Source of the DNA: a virus
DNA: 64,000 nucleotides
IMG/VR virus record: IMGVR_UViG_3300042934_000619
Location: 38,443-102,442 of that record
Direction: 5' to 3' (one strand)
Part shown: positions 37,301 to 45,585 of the stretch, in pieces
Layout: every line of letters begins with the position of its first letter
How positions within the stretch are numbered: position 1 is the stretch's first letter
The notes under the pieces: generated by a model
The model's input: only the letters and a program-made list of their open reading frames with translations
What the model was told of the DNA's origin: nothing
The model's database searches: none
Made by a program: the position numbers and the translations under genes

Positions 37301-38688
37301 GACTGCATAGGGAGAGCGGACTCCGACAGGACATCGTCCAGGGTGTCCTTCATCCGGCTGAAGGCGGACCTCACCTGTGTGCTGCCGCGTAGCGCGAAAG
37401 CTCCCAGGGCGATGAACGCGCCACCAAGTGCCGTGACAAGCAGGGCGCCCAATGCCTGAGCGATAGGACCGATCAGGACCAGCGCGGCGATCAGGATCGC
37501 TGTCCAGCGTCGGTTGACGTTGATGACGCTGCCCACTTGGCGCAGCGCTCCCAGCAGTCCGCCGACGCCGCGAACGGCCCCGCGCATGCTGCTGGTCATA
37601 CCGTCGCCGATGCCGATCAGGGAACGGCGGAGCGCACCACTGTGATGGCTGGTGTCGCGCATCCGGTGCTGGAATATCAGCAGACGGGAGTCGAGCCTGT
37701 CGAAAACGCTCCCGTCGTCACCCAGCAGGCGCAACTGTGCCCGCAGGTAGGCGATCTCGCGGGAGCTGTCACGAAAGGCGCCGCGCGTCAGGGCACCGGC
37801 GCTCCGCAGTCCACGTGCCCCGTTCGCGGCCTGAGTCAGACCGCGCGACAAGGCGTTGAACTCGCGCTGGCTCAGGCGCCCGTTCCGTGCCGCTTCTCCG
37901 AGGAGGCGCGTCATGACGCGCAGGTCTCCGGAGAGTGACTGTGCCGTGCTGTGCGCCCGCGCGTTGCTGGTGCTGACGCCGTTCATGGCGTTGCTGACGG
38001 CCTGAAGCGCACGAGCCATGCGGTTGAGGTCGTTTCCGCCGAGGCCCTGGAACCGGCCCGTCATTCCCTCGTCGTTGTCCCCGATGCTGGACAGGCGGGT
38101 GACGTGGCGGCGGAAGTCCGCCTCCTCCTGGCGGAGTCGTGCCGCCGTCTGTGCTGCGATACGACGGCGCTCTGCTTCTGCGCGACGGTTGCGCGCTGTT
38201 GCTTCGCGTTGGAGCCGCGCCTCTTCCGCATCACGTCGAGCGTTCTCACGCAGGGCTTCGGCGTGCGCCTGAGCGATCTCACGTGCACTGCGCTGTGCAA
38301 CAGCGCTGTGACGCCGGATCTCGTTGTCCAGGCGGTCGAACTCCAGCCTGGACTCTTCGAGTTCGTTGCGGAGGCTGTGGAACTCTTCCTCTGTGACTTC
38401 ACCTGCGCGGGCGGCCAGCCGGAGATCGCGCCCCAGGAGACCCATGGACCGCCGCATGTAGTCCATCTCGTGCCCGGCCAGGCTTCCGGCGCGCTGCATC
38501 TGTCCGAGGCGTCCGGAGACGCCTCGGATGCTCTGGCTGAGCCGGTCGGCGCGGTTGGACGCCATGTTGCTGGTCTGCGCCAGGCCACGGATGTCGCCGT
38601 CCATGCCATTCATTCGCCGACGAATGTCGGCGAATTCGCCCCGTGTCATGTCCCGGACTCGGACAGTAAGAGTGATGTCATCAGCCAT
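34360..38688 (-). CDS. Tape measure protein
   Basis: 1442 aa, Ala/Gly-rich helical, LGIRSPSRV, after chaperones. Confidence 0.9.
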   Translation of the reverse strand: MADDITLTVRVRDMTRGEFADIRRRMNGMDGDIRGLAQTSNMASNRADRLSQSIRGVSGRLGQMQRAGSLAGHEMDYMRRSMGLLGRDLRLAARAGEVTEEEFHSLRNELEESRLEFDRLDNEIRRHSAVAQRSAREIAQAHAEALRENARRDAEEARLQREATARNRRAEAERRRIAAQTAARLRQEEADFRRHVTRLSSIGDNDEGMTGRFQGLGGNDLNRMARALQAVSNAMNGVSTSNARAHSTAQSLSGDLRVMTRLLGEAARNGRLSQREFNALSRGLTQAANGARGLRSAGALTRGAFRDSSREIAYLRAQLRLLGDDGSVFDRLDSRLLIFQHRMRDTSHHSGALRRSLIGIGDGMTSSMRGAVRGVGGLLGALRQVGSVINVNRRWTAILIAALVLIGPIAQALGALLVTALGGAFIALGAFALRGSTQVRSAFSRMKDTLDDVLSESALPMQSALSDGLDQVGASARRMQPALTRAFAASAPLAKDFMGGLTDLIEYALPGFEQALSRSGPVMEGFRSAMGMIGSGLGDMFASMTEGGGAEGLSNVWKTLGTEVKNLLVNFGQFTNAMSQSATATALLVGVFRALSGVLHLVEGGMSFLDRMFGDVLSQITGSIGGVGKFEQRIDGLGGVFRSTGSDVDSLKNKLSQVDERIAKMKEARNSDLALGDNGADFLAGVGATDEDLNEALSERESLARQVAEAEATAAAETRNHASSVKELIGQIQALADLNRGHLDAQAAQEQAIADATKKQNKWGESLSWTNGQLVRHGQAGRDAYEMLSNIARTTREATDTAVDANAPWEQINQRWKDGRKSLIEMADGWGLNEEQAQALADQILGIPPSRDLVVKAETAGAITSLDAVIAAMEATPHAETITVQALTSEAQRILEDLGYTVTRMPDGSFKISAETGAASADIGAVQGARDRLSGKKLSFSAAVGNALGPIAAAQEARNRLSNKKIFISADASQFHGAVGGIVGSVLGTAYINVQRRYDNQVARPFGAQGGSASSLPMRRFAKGASISGSVLQGPGTKTSDGIVARLSRGEFVMRAAAVDKYGVDAMRRINMGLLPKFASGGSAAKKMREARDDLVPYLTVSRFGQFAGNKNSEFLSAMTKMDSRQDLVDDLNRMRSSIKKSTSGRTESRLLKQLDSAGKGLLKYQTKLSSVNKSLEKAKEKLDGLKDAAAQLKESVKNGIISELDLTRSASREDSQVTLNTIMSQMTGDSNSAKQFQSVLATLKKRGFSGHILEQVAQAGVTGGGLETATALMSASSSQIKQINAMNQSIRQSADDAGDVASDALYAAGIKAAEGLVKGLTAQKKVIEKTMMSIAKSMEKAIKRALGIRSPSRVMQKLGHFTAEGFALGIEKNSRPQHSWDSMLDVSSGSSGGASHTSARAGEPMIIQLNIGGNNIGEVIIDPLRKSIRHRGGNVQAVLGK

Positions 38689-38900
38689 CGTGGCTGCCCT
38701 TTCTGTCCTTGCCCATGTCGTACAGCTCGACCAGCTGAAGAAGCTCTACGTCCTCATCGAGGATCTGGCTGGGCAGTACGTGGAAGAATTGACACAGGGA
38801 GATGAGGAGTTCGGCCCTGGCGTATTCCGCAGGCTTCGTTACAACGTTTCCGTCGGAATCGACTCCACCAGGGAAGGCTCGCCAGTCACGGACTTTTTTT
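38681..38900 (-). CDS. Tail assembly chaperone, -1 frameshift extension
   Basis: -1 frame continues from the A-AAA-AAG slippery site. Confidence 0.7.
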
Positions 38901-39228
38901 CCGTGGCCTCCGGAACGGTGGCGAGAGCCTGCGTCCATGCGTTGATGACGTACATGTTCATCACGAAGTCGTTGGTGACAACGCCGTCGTACGTCGTCGG
39001 CACCGCCTCTCCGGTCACCTCGTCTTCGAGGTTCCAGGAGACGAGGTGGTCCGCGAACATGCGCAGCATGCCCTCGGTCTCCGCGTCTCCCTCAGTGCCA
39101 GGAGCACTGAGGGAGACGATCTCCAGGTACTCGCCCGTGGTGAGGCCACGGACCTTGACCTCAAGACCCTCGTACTCCGTGCCGGTGAAGTCGAGGTTGT
39201 AGATCTTGCGCTTGCGCTTGAACGCCAT
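38839..39228 (-). CDS. Tail assembly chaperone
   Basis: Position upstream of tape measure; LVSWNL motif. Confidence 0.8.
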   Translation of the reverse strand: MAFKRKRKIYNLDFTGTEYEGLEVKVRGLTTGEYLEIVSLSAPGTEGDAETEGMLRMFADHLVSWNLEDEVTGEAVPTTYDGVVTNDFVMNMYVINAWTQALATVPEATEKKSVTGEPSLVESIPTETL

Positions 39229-39256
39229 TGCTTCTCCCCGGTGTTGGGCATGAAGA

Positions 39257-39284
39257 AGACCCGTCGCAAGAATGCGACGGGTCT
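39257..39284 (-). terminator. Hairpin after HNH gene
   Basis: 12-bp stem AGACCCGTCGCA/TGCGACGGGTCT. Confidence 0.55.
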
Positions 39285-39303
39285 ACCGAGTTGTTCTATT
39301 TTG

Positions 39304-40071
39304 TTAGTGTCCTTCGTGTGGACACTTTCCGCCGTTGAGTTGTCGTCCGTGGTTGCAGTTATGGCACAGGACGCGGAACCCTTCGGGGTATCCGTTTTTC
39401 CTCAACCAGATCCAGAACCCTCCGCCACCCGTGGCGAGCCTGTGCTGCCGTCCTCCACCGTCGATGTGATCAAGGGCGAGGAACAGCGGCTGGGTTTCGC
39501 CGCAGCAGATGCACTGGGGCGTACCGCTGCTGTAGTGGGTGAGGGCGGCGTGCCGCTGAGCGCGATACCGCTCCGCCCGCTGCTCGCCGAGAAGCGCTTC
39601 TCGGCAATCCGGCGAACAGTATTTTTTCTGCGTCTGCGATCCGACGAACTCGGCACCGCAGTGCTTGCACTTGCGGCCAACGAGCGGGCGGCAATCGTGG
39701 CAGTTCGTTTCTGAGCTGTTGATGTGACGCCAGAACCGGCGCGAACAGTTGTGGCACGTCAGCGATTCATACTTCTTGTTTTCGCAGGACTTGCAACTGT
39801 TCCGTGGTCCACGGTTCGGTCCACGGCTCTGGAACTGGTCGATGGGCTTGGTCTCCTGGCACTTCCGACACACCTTCATGCCGTCAGGTGCCACAAGTCC
39901 GAGGCAGGCATCGCAGATTCCGCAGTTCCGGCAGGGCCGATCGTAACTCTCTCGGGGCGGCTTGGGCTTCCGAAGAGCGGCGATCTGCTGCGGGCGACAC
40001 GCGCGACACCAGGCGTGCGCTTGCCCGCATGACTTGACGGAGTACCTGCCTGCGGCAGCCCCCTGGACCAT
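39304..40071 (-). CDS. HNH endonuclease with multiple Zn fingers (likely mobile homing endonuclease)
   Basis: Many CxxC; LALDHIDGGG...VLCHNCN. Confidence 0.8.
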   Translation of the reverse strand: MVQGAAAGRYSVKSCGQAHAWCRACRPQQIAALRKPKPPRESYDRPCRNCGICDACLGLVAPDGMKVCRKCQETKPIDQFQSRGPNRGPRNSCKSCENKKYESLTCHNCSRRFWRHINSSETNCHDCRPLVGRKCKHCGAEFVGSQTQKKYCSPDCREALLGEQRAERYRAQRHAALTHYSSGTPQCICCGETQPLFLALDHIDGGGRQHRLATGGGGFWIWLRKNGYPEGFRVLCHNCNHGRQLNGGKCPHEGH

Positions 40072-40111
40072 GACTAGACCTCCGGGTCAGCGACTTGACC
40101 CGGAGACTATA

Positions 40112-40519
40112 TCAAGACCAAGTTGGCACGGTTCCATCACTCAGCTGACCAGGAACAGCCCAGGTGAGTTCACCGGAGTCCGAGCGGGTCAGCGGGTAGT
40201 CGGTGAAGATGCACTCGTTGTTGAGCGACTGGCCCGACACGGTGATGCTGACGGTGCGTGAGACGGAGGTCGACGGAACCGTCTTGAAGACCGCGTGAGA
40301 GGCGTTCGCGGCGTCGTTGAAGACGCCGTTCAGGGTGACCGTGAAGTCGGCCAGCAGAAGCAGACGCTCGAACGCCGACTTGTCGATACCCGTGGTGTCC
40401 TGAGTCGCGCGCGGCGTCGCGAACTCAAGGTTGGTCACATCGTTGCGGATGTCCTGCGGAGACCCCGAGCTGTCGTCGACCGACAGCGTAGTCCACGCGA
40501 GGCCACTCTCCTTTGCCAT
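40112..40519 (-). CDS. Major tail (tube) protein
   Basis: Position; Thr/Ser-rich beta protein, DTTGIDKSAFER. Confidence 0.7.
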   Translation of the reverse strand: MAKESGLAWTTLSVDDSSGSPQDIRNDVTNLEFATPRATQDTTGIDKSAFERLLLLADFTVTLNGVFNDAANASHAVFKTVPSTSVSRTVSITVSGQSLNNECIFTDYPLTRSDSGELTWAVPGQLSDGTVPTWS

Positions 40520-40541
40520 TGCAAATCACTCCCTCAAGAGT

Positions 40542-40982
40542 TCAGCCCCGCTGGATCTGCTGGGCGATCTTTTCCTGGTGCTCGGCAAAGTCTTCTTGCC
40601 AGTGATCAGGACGCGTGTGCTTCCGGACGTTGCCGGTGGGATTCCCCCGGTAGTCACCGTCTCGGACGATGAAGATCTCCTGCTTGTCGAGGAGGGTTCG
40701 GTGTAGCTGTGTACGGAAACACGGTTGGCCAGATTCGAAGATCAGCCAGTTCTCGGTCGCCGTGACGTTCAGCTCCGTGTACTTTCGCCCGGAGGTCTTC
40801 GCCGCATGCAGCATCTCCGGCGGCAGCCCCTCGACACGGAGCTTCCAGCCTTTGGTGTACTCCGGACAGTCCACCTCGGCACACGTGGCGGGACGCCAAT
40901 GCGTGCTGAGAGGAGAGACGATCTGGTATGTCTTGTAGTCCTGAACCTTGCCTTGCGGCGGAATCCGGTTCATGCGCTGCAT
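40542..40982 (-). CDS. Hypothetical virion-module protein
   Basis: ORF in late operon. Confidence 0.6.
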   Translation of the reverse strand: MQRMNRIPPQGKVQDYKTYQIVSPLSTHWRPATCAEVDCPEYTKGWKLRVEGLPPEMLHAAKTSGRKYTELNVTATENWLIFESGQPCFRTQLHRTLLDKQEIFIVRDGDYRGNPTGNVRKHTRPDHWQEDFAEHQEKIAQQIQRG

Positions 40983-41006
40983 GCTGATCTCCCCGATGAA
41001 TGCAGA

Positions 41007-41756
41007 CTAGAAAACGACGCTCGTGTCATTGCGCACGGCGACCACGGCGAACGAGCACTCCGTGAACGTTCCGGTCGTCGCCACTCGCAGATACCGTTCG
41101 ACCGTCTGATCGCGCGCCGTCTGTATGCGTTCAACCGCCGGTGCCGCCGTCACTTCCGTGAAGGCCCCGCCGGTGACTGCCGCGAACGCGTCAGCAGCGG
41201 CGTTGTCCGAGGACTCCTCGATCGTGAAGGTGATGTCCGTCCCGGTGAACGAGAAGACCTGGAGGTAGAACTGCGCGCCGAAATCGGTCGAGCCGGTGCC
41301 GAAATCAACGCTCGTGCCGTTGGTCGCTGCGGTGTCGCTGCGGACACCGGCCGTCAGGCTCTTCCCCCACTCGATGCCGTAGCCGTTCGATTCGGCCCGG
41401 ACCTTCATGGTGACCTTGCCGTCGTCACCACGGGTCCAGTCGTAGTTCAGCTGCTTGCCGATCAGGGCAGCCGCAGCATTCCCGAGGGTGGTTCCACGGA
41501 AGTACATGAGGTGACGGTCCGTGGACGGCAGGGTCGCGAGCACTTCGTGCTGCTTGCCCTCGGCGGGGTTGAAGTGCGACGTCCACTCGATACGGCCGTC
41601 TCGTAGCCCACCGATACGTTCGAACGCGGACTTGTCGATGCCGGTGACGTCGATGACGGCAGGTCCGCCGCCTACTTCGTCGAGCGATGCGGTGTCGCCG
41701 GAAAGGTTGTACCCGCCGACGTAAAAATTGTCGCCGAGGCCGCTGGACTTTGCGAT
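41007..41756 (-). CDS. Tail tube paralog with C-terminal extension; apparent ATC start
   Basis: Open frame (I)AKSSGLG...DVTGIDKSAFER; GGAGG 9 nt upstream of ATC. Confidence 0.7.
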   Translation of the reverse strand: MAKSSGLGDNFYVGGYNLSGDTASLDEVGGGPAVIDVTGIDKSAFERIGGLRDGRIEWTSHFNPAEGKQHEVLATLPSTDRHLMYFRGTTLGNAAAALIGKQLNYDWTRGDDGKVTMKVRAESNGYGIEWGKSLTAGVRSDTAATNGTSVDFGTGSTDFGAQFYLQVFSFTGTDITFTIEESSDNAAADAFAAVTGGAFTEVTAAPAVERIQTARDQTVERYLRVATTGTFTECSFAVVAVRNDTSVVF

Positions 41757-41789
41757 ATCTACTGCCCTCCTCGGGACGTTACGATGCGA

Positions 41790-42245
41790 CTAGGGCGATT
41801 CGGCCCAAACGTCGTTGATGATGATCGGCAGTACGATCTGAAAGACCCGGAACTCGCGGCCGTCCATGTTCATGTAGCCGACGCGTACGCTCAGTGGATT
41901 TCCGTGGGCGCCGAAGATGTCGATGTGCCTGACATTGCTTCCGAGATCGAAGTCACCGATGTAAGCGGTGAAGAGATCGTCGACCGCCTTCGTGAGATTG
42001 GCGTCGATATCGTCGTACGGTTCCGCCATCGTGGATCCGTACAGCCGCATCTGAAGTTCCAGGCGGACAGAGACGTTGCTCAGGCCGGAAGACTTGACCG
42101 GAACGACACTCTCGACCCAGACACCGGCTGTGAGTCCGTTCGTCCCGGACTGCTTGGATTCGTACTCCGTGACGGACTGGAACCATCCGGTGTTCTGAGC
42201 GTGCGTGACGACAATGTCGAGAATGTCGTTGATGGCGAGAGTCAC
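41790..42245 (-). CDS. Tail terminator-like protein
   Basis: Position and size in head-tail module. Confidence 0.6.
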   Translation of the reverse strand: MTLAINDILDIVVTHAQNTGWFQSVTEYESKQSGTNGLTAGVWVESVVPVKSSGLSNVSVRLELQMRLYGSTMAEPYDDIDANLTKAVDDLFTAYIGDFDLGSNVRHIDIFGAHGNPLSVRVGYMNMDGREFRVFQIVLPIIINDVWAESP

Positions 42246-42254
42246 GGGTTCCTC

Positions 42255-42665
42255 CTAAATCAGGCGACCCCGTGCCTGGTGCTGCTCCAGGATTTGTTCA
42301 GCGATCGGTCGACGCCGCATCTTCATTTCTGCCTTGGTGTCCCGCATCGACCAGTAACCGGGGAATCGGGTGACTGGCGAGTTACGGGAACCCGTACCTT
42401 CAAGCCAGTGACCGTAGATAACCCCATTGTCATGAATCTTGTAGCGATTCCAGGCAAGGCGACGAGTGTCGATCCTCGTCATGTAGTAAGGGGTCTGATG
42501 CCGGAGTCGAGAGTTCAGGAAGTCGCGCCACGCGCGTTCGGCTTCCTCTCCGAGTTCCTCCGCAACGTCCTTCTCGTAATCACGGACATGCTTGTGGATC
42601 GCCCCGGACGAGATCGGGCCCTGAGTCCTGGAGCGGAAGCTGATGTGGTAACTGACAGAAGCCAC
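42255..42665 (-). CDS. Head-tail module protein (HK97 gp10-like)
   Basis: Basic, YGHWLEGTG motif. Confidence 0.55.
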   Translation of the reverse strand: MASVSYHISFRSRTQGPISSGAIHKHVRDYEKDVAEELGEEAERAWRDFLNSRLRHQTPYYMTRIDTRRLAWNRYKIHDNGVIYGHWLEGTGSRNSPVTRFPGYWSMRDTKAEMKMRRRPIAEQILEQHQARGRLI

Positions 42666-42676
42666 GGCATCCCCCT

Positions 42677-43753
42677 TCAGATGGCTCGGGTACGCGCCTT
42701 CCGGCCGTAGGTCTGGTAGGTCTGATCGCGGAAGTCGATCAGCGCCTCGACCGTGGCCGCGCGCTTCGCCGTACCGCCGAAGATCGACGAGGCGGACATG
42801 GTGCGGAACCAGCCGGTCTGTTCCTGCATCAGTTCGTGGATTGCCTCAGCCGTGACGTACTGACGTAGTCCGGAGGGGACGCGCCACATCTGGATCGTCG
42901 CGCCGGAGACATGTGTCGCAGCGGTACTCCCCAGGGCGCCACGCTCGATCACGAGAGTGCGCGGTGCGTAGATCGTCGTATCGGCCGCGTGGGCAGCGGA
43001 GGTAGATCCCTCGAAGGCGCGCTCGATGGTAAGCGTGTTGCCAGCGATCTCCGTGACCAGGACGCGCTCGGAGCCGATGAGGAGCGTCTCGTCGACAGCA
43101 AAGGACGTGCCATCGGCCACCGTCAGCGAGGTGTCGCCCTTCGAGACGGTGAGTCCTGCTCCTCCGACGGTCTGCCCGGTGTCGAGCTGGCGTCGCTCTG
43201 TCACCAGGAGACGTTCACTGTCGATCTTCAGAATCGATCCGACGCCCACCTGAACCCCGACCTCGGCATCGACGTCGACTTCCGTCTCGGAAGCGTCGAG
43301 CGCCTCGATCGTCGCTCCAGTGTTGATGTGCTCGTCGTTCCAGCCCCACAGGCCGGTCAATGTGATGTCACGCTGGTACGTCGACCCGCCGCCGAACGCC
43401 GACGAGGTCCCGATGTTGATCTCGATCCGGTTGTACGGCGGGCCGGAGGTGTTCGGCTCCAGCAGGATGTTCCCTGTCGGAATCGAATCGTCGCCGGACG
43501 TGGCCGTCGTCAGGGAGATCAGGTCGTTGTCATCGAGCCACAGTCGCCACGGCAACGACCCTTGTGCATTCGGCCAGTTGAAGTACTTGGTCGCGATGTG
43601 CGGGTAGAACGTGCGGTGACACAGCAGCTCGGCGTTGCGGGACGCGGACTCGATGCAGCGGTCGATGTTGCGGTTGTTGCGCGCAACCTCGCCCTGGTCG
43701 AGTGCGCGCTTGATCGTCTCCCGGGTGGTGTAGACGGGCGTGGTGATTGCCAT
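42677..43753 (-). CDS. Head-to-tail adaptor with inserted beta repeats
   Basis: YTTRETIKRAL..IESASR..C.RTF; duplicated IDSERLLVT/IGSERVLVT. Confidence 0.7.
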   Translation of the reverse strand: MAITTPVYTTRETIKRALDQGEVARNNRNIDRCIESASRNAELLCHRTFYPHIATKYFNWPNAQGSLPWRLWLDDNDLISLTTATSGDDSIPTGNILLEPNTSGPPYNRIEINIGTSSAFGGGSTYQRDITLTGLWGWNDEHINTGATIEALDASETEVDVDAEVGVQVGVGSILKIDSERLLVTERRQLDTGQTVGGAGLTVSKGDTSLTVADGTSFAVDETLLIGSERVLVTEIAGNTLTIERAFEGSTSAAHAADTTIYAPRTLVIERGALGSTAATHVSGATIQMWRVPSGLRQYVTAEAIHELMQEQTGWFRTMSASSIFGGTAKRAATVEALIDFRDQTYQTYGRKARTRAI

Positions 43754-43769
43754 CAGCCCTCCCGGGAGA

Positions 43770-43952
43770 TCAGATCAGACGCCGCATACGCGGCCAGGAA
43801 TAGTTGCCGAGTTGGCAGAACAGGCTGCCGTCAGGGCCCTGGTCCAGAGGCTCGCCGTCGTAAGGGCAGGCCGTCGGGGGTTCTGACTTCTCCTGCTCGA
43901 CGTAGCCGATCGCCTCGGCGTAGATGCTGGAGAGCTGGTACCAGGACCCCAT
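43770..43952 (-). CDS. Small Cys-containing protein
   Basis: CPYDGEPL..LFC; GGAG RBS. Confidence 0.55.
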   Translation of the reverse strand: MGSWYQLSSIYAEAIGYVEQEKSEPPTACPYDGEPLDQGPDGSLFCQLGNYSWPRMRRLI

Positions 43953-43955
43953 GGC

Positions 43956-44522
43956 CTACTCCTCGTCGGCGCCCTTGAGGCGCTCGATGAGCTGCGCCTT
44001 CGTACCGTAGGTCGGGAGCCTGGCAGCGTCGGCGGCAGCGCGAAGCTCCGCCAGCGTCATGCCGTCGTAGTCGACAGCGGGCTCGTCCGCCTCGACAACA
44101 GCCTCGACCGTCGTCTCTTCAGGGGTTGGATGCCCCAGGTCGTCCTCGGCTACGACCTGGGGCGCACTCGCGACAGCGACCGGGGAGACGTTCGCCTCGC
44201 GAGCGTTGGTGGCACCGCCAGTGACGGTGATCTTGGGGGACATCGGCTCCTCCTCGGGAGGCCAGGTGACCGGCACCCGGCTACCGCACGAGGCGCAGGC
44301 CAGAGTCGGAAGTTCGATGAGGCCGGAGGTGACGGACTGCATCCGCACCGTCCAGGGTCCGCGTCCGCAGTCGGCGCAGGAAACGGTGACGAACAGAGGG
44401 AGTCGTCGAGCGACGACCCCCTCCTGTTCGACGTAGTCACTGCTGCCGCAATGCGGGCACGCAGCCAGGTCCAGCGCATACTGCGTGGAGCAGCTCGCGC
44501 ACGTCCGCAGGTTTGCAGGCAT
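43956..44522 (-). CDS. Zn-ribbon plus SAP/HeH-like domain protein
   Basis: CASC..CPHC, CADC..CASC; MTLAELR..GTKAQLIERL. Confidence 0.6.
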   Translation of the reverse strand: MPANLRTCASCSTQYALDLAACPHCGSSDYVEQEGVVARRLPLFVTVSCADCGRGPWTVRMQSVTSGLIELPTLACASCGSRVPVTWPPEEEPMSPKITVTGGATNAREANVSPVAVASAPQVVAEDDLGHPTPEETTVEAVVEADEPAVDYDGMTLAELRAAADAARLPTYGTKAQLIERLKGADEE

Positions 44523-44542
44523 CAGTTACTCCGAGGTGTTGA

Positions 44543-44989
44543 TCAGGCAGCGGTCAGGGTCGCGCCGTCGTCCAGCGGAACCCAGGTGCAGTACCACTTG
44601 ATGACGCCATCGCCGCCGGTGGCGACGGTGTGCTCGATGACGCCGGTTTCCACGGCGAGCGGGAACCCGGTGAGGTCGTCAGCGCCGATGGCGATCGAAG
44701 CGCCCTTGGTGACGACGAGGATCTCGCCAGCCGCCGTGTCGGTCGTACCGAGGTCCGTGGCGGTGCACAGATCCACGCTCGTACCGGCAGTCGGGTTGGC
44801 GGTCAGCTTGGTCGTGCCCGCCACCGTGATGGCCGTGGTGACACGGCCGACCAGCGAAGTGACCAGAACGAGGCCGCCGGTGACGGTGAAGACGCTCTGG
44901 GTACCGGCGCCGGACTGGGTGATCGAGTTGCTGGCCATGCGTCCGAGACCGATGTCCCGGAGCTGGTTGCCATGGATGATCGTGCTCAT
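44543..44989 (-). CDS. Putative capsid decoration protein
   Basis: Thr/Gly/Ala-rich, downstream of capsid. Confidence 0.55.
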   Translation of the reverse strand: MSTIIHGNQLRDIGLGRMASNSITQSGAGTQSVFTVTGGLVLVTSLVGRVTTAITVAGTTKLTANPTAGTSVDLCTATDLGTTDTAAGEILVVTKGASIAIGADDLTGFPLAVETGVIEHTVATGGDGVIKWYCTWVPLDDGATLTAA

Positions 44990-45001
44990 GTGTCAGCCCC
45001 C

Positions 45002-45418
45002 TCAGACCACGTTGCGTGCGAGGTTGGCGGGCTTCCGCTGCACGAGCAGGTCGTGAACGATGGCGACGCAGATGCCGCCGTCGACCGTGACCTCGACGCA
45101 GTTGTAACCGTCGTCGAGCTGCTCGTGCCCGACGGTGAACACCATGCAGTCGTTGGTGGCGTCGTCGGCCAGGTCGAACGAGGACGCCTCCGTGTCCGAC
45201 ATGGCGGTCCAGGTGCCACCGACACCCGGAGCCTTGTGCGGGTAGCCCTTGACAGACAGAGCCGCCTCAGACGCACCGTCGACAGACTGCTTGACGGTGG
45301 CGATCTGCGAGCCTGCGTCCAGGTAGGTCACGAACGAGACAGCCAGCCCCTGCTTGAGGGGGATGTGAACACCGCTCGCGGCGGCGACCACGTTGAAAAC
45401 GCGTCCCAGGCCCTTCAT
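45002..45418 (-). CDS. Putative capsid accessory protein
   Basis: Immediately downstream of capsid gene. Confidence 0.55.
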   Translation of the reverse strand: MKGLGRVFNVVAAASGVHIPLKQGLAVSFVTYLDAGSQIATVKQSVDGASEAALSVKGYPHKAPGVGGTWTAMSDTEASSFDLADDATNDCMVFTVGHEQLDDGYNCVEVTVDGGICVAIVHDLLVQRKPANLARNVV

Positions 45419-45480
45419 GGTCTGGTCCTTTCAGTACGGCGCGATACTTGGCGCAGGGGTGCCGGTGCCTGCGTTGCGAG

Positions 45481-45512
45481 CCCCCGGGCGGGGTTTTACT
45501 GCCGCCCGGGGG
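45481..45512 (-). terminator. Hairpin after major capsid gene
   Basis: CCCCCGGGCGG/CCGCCCGGGGG. Confidence 0.5.
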
Positions 45513-45585
45513 TCGAGATGCCGCCGAACGACGGCATCAAAAAACGCCAGTTCACGAAGAACCGGCGTGCGTGCGTCCGCTCAGA

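Noticed and set aside
40095-40115. Group I intron S element (TGATATAGTC on the minus strand)
   Set aside because: No matching intron core is visible and the tail gene is uninterrupted; the hairpin is better explained as RBS occlusion
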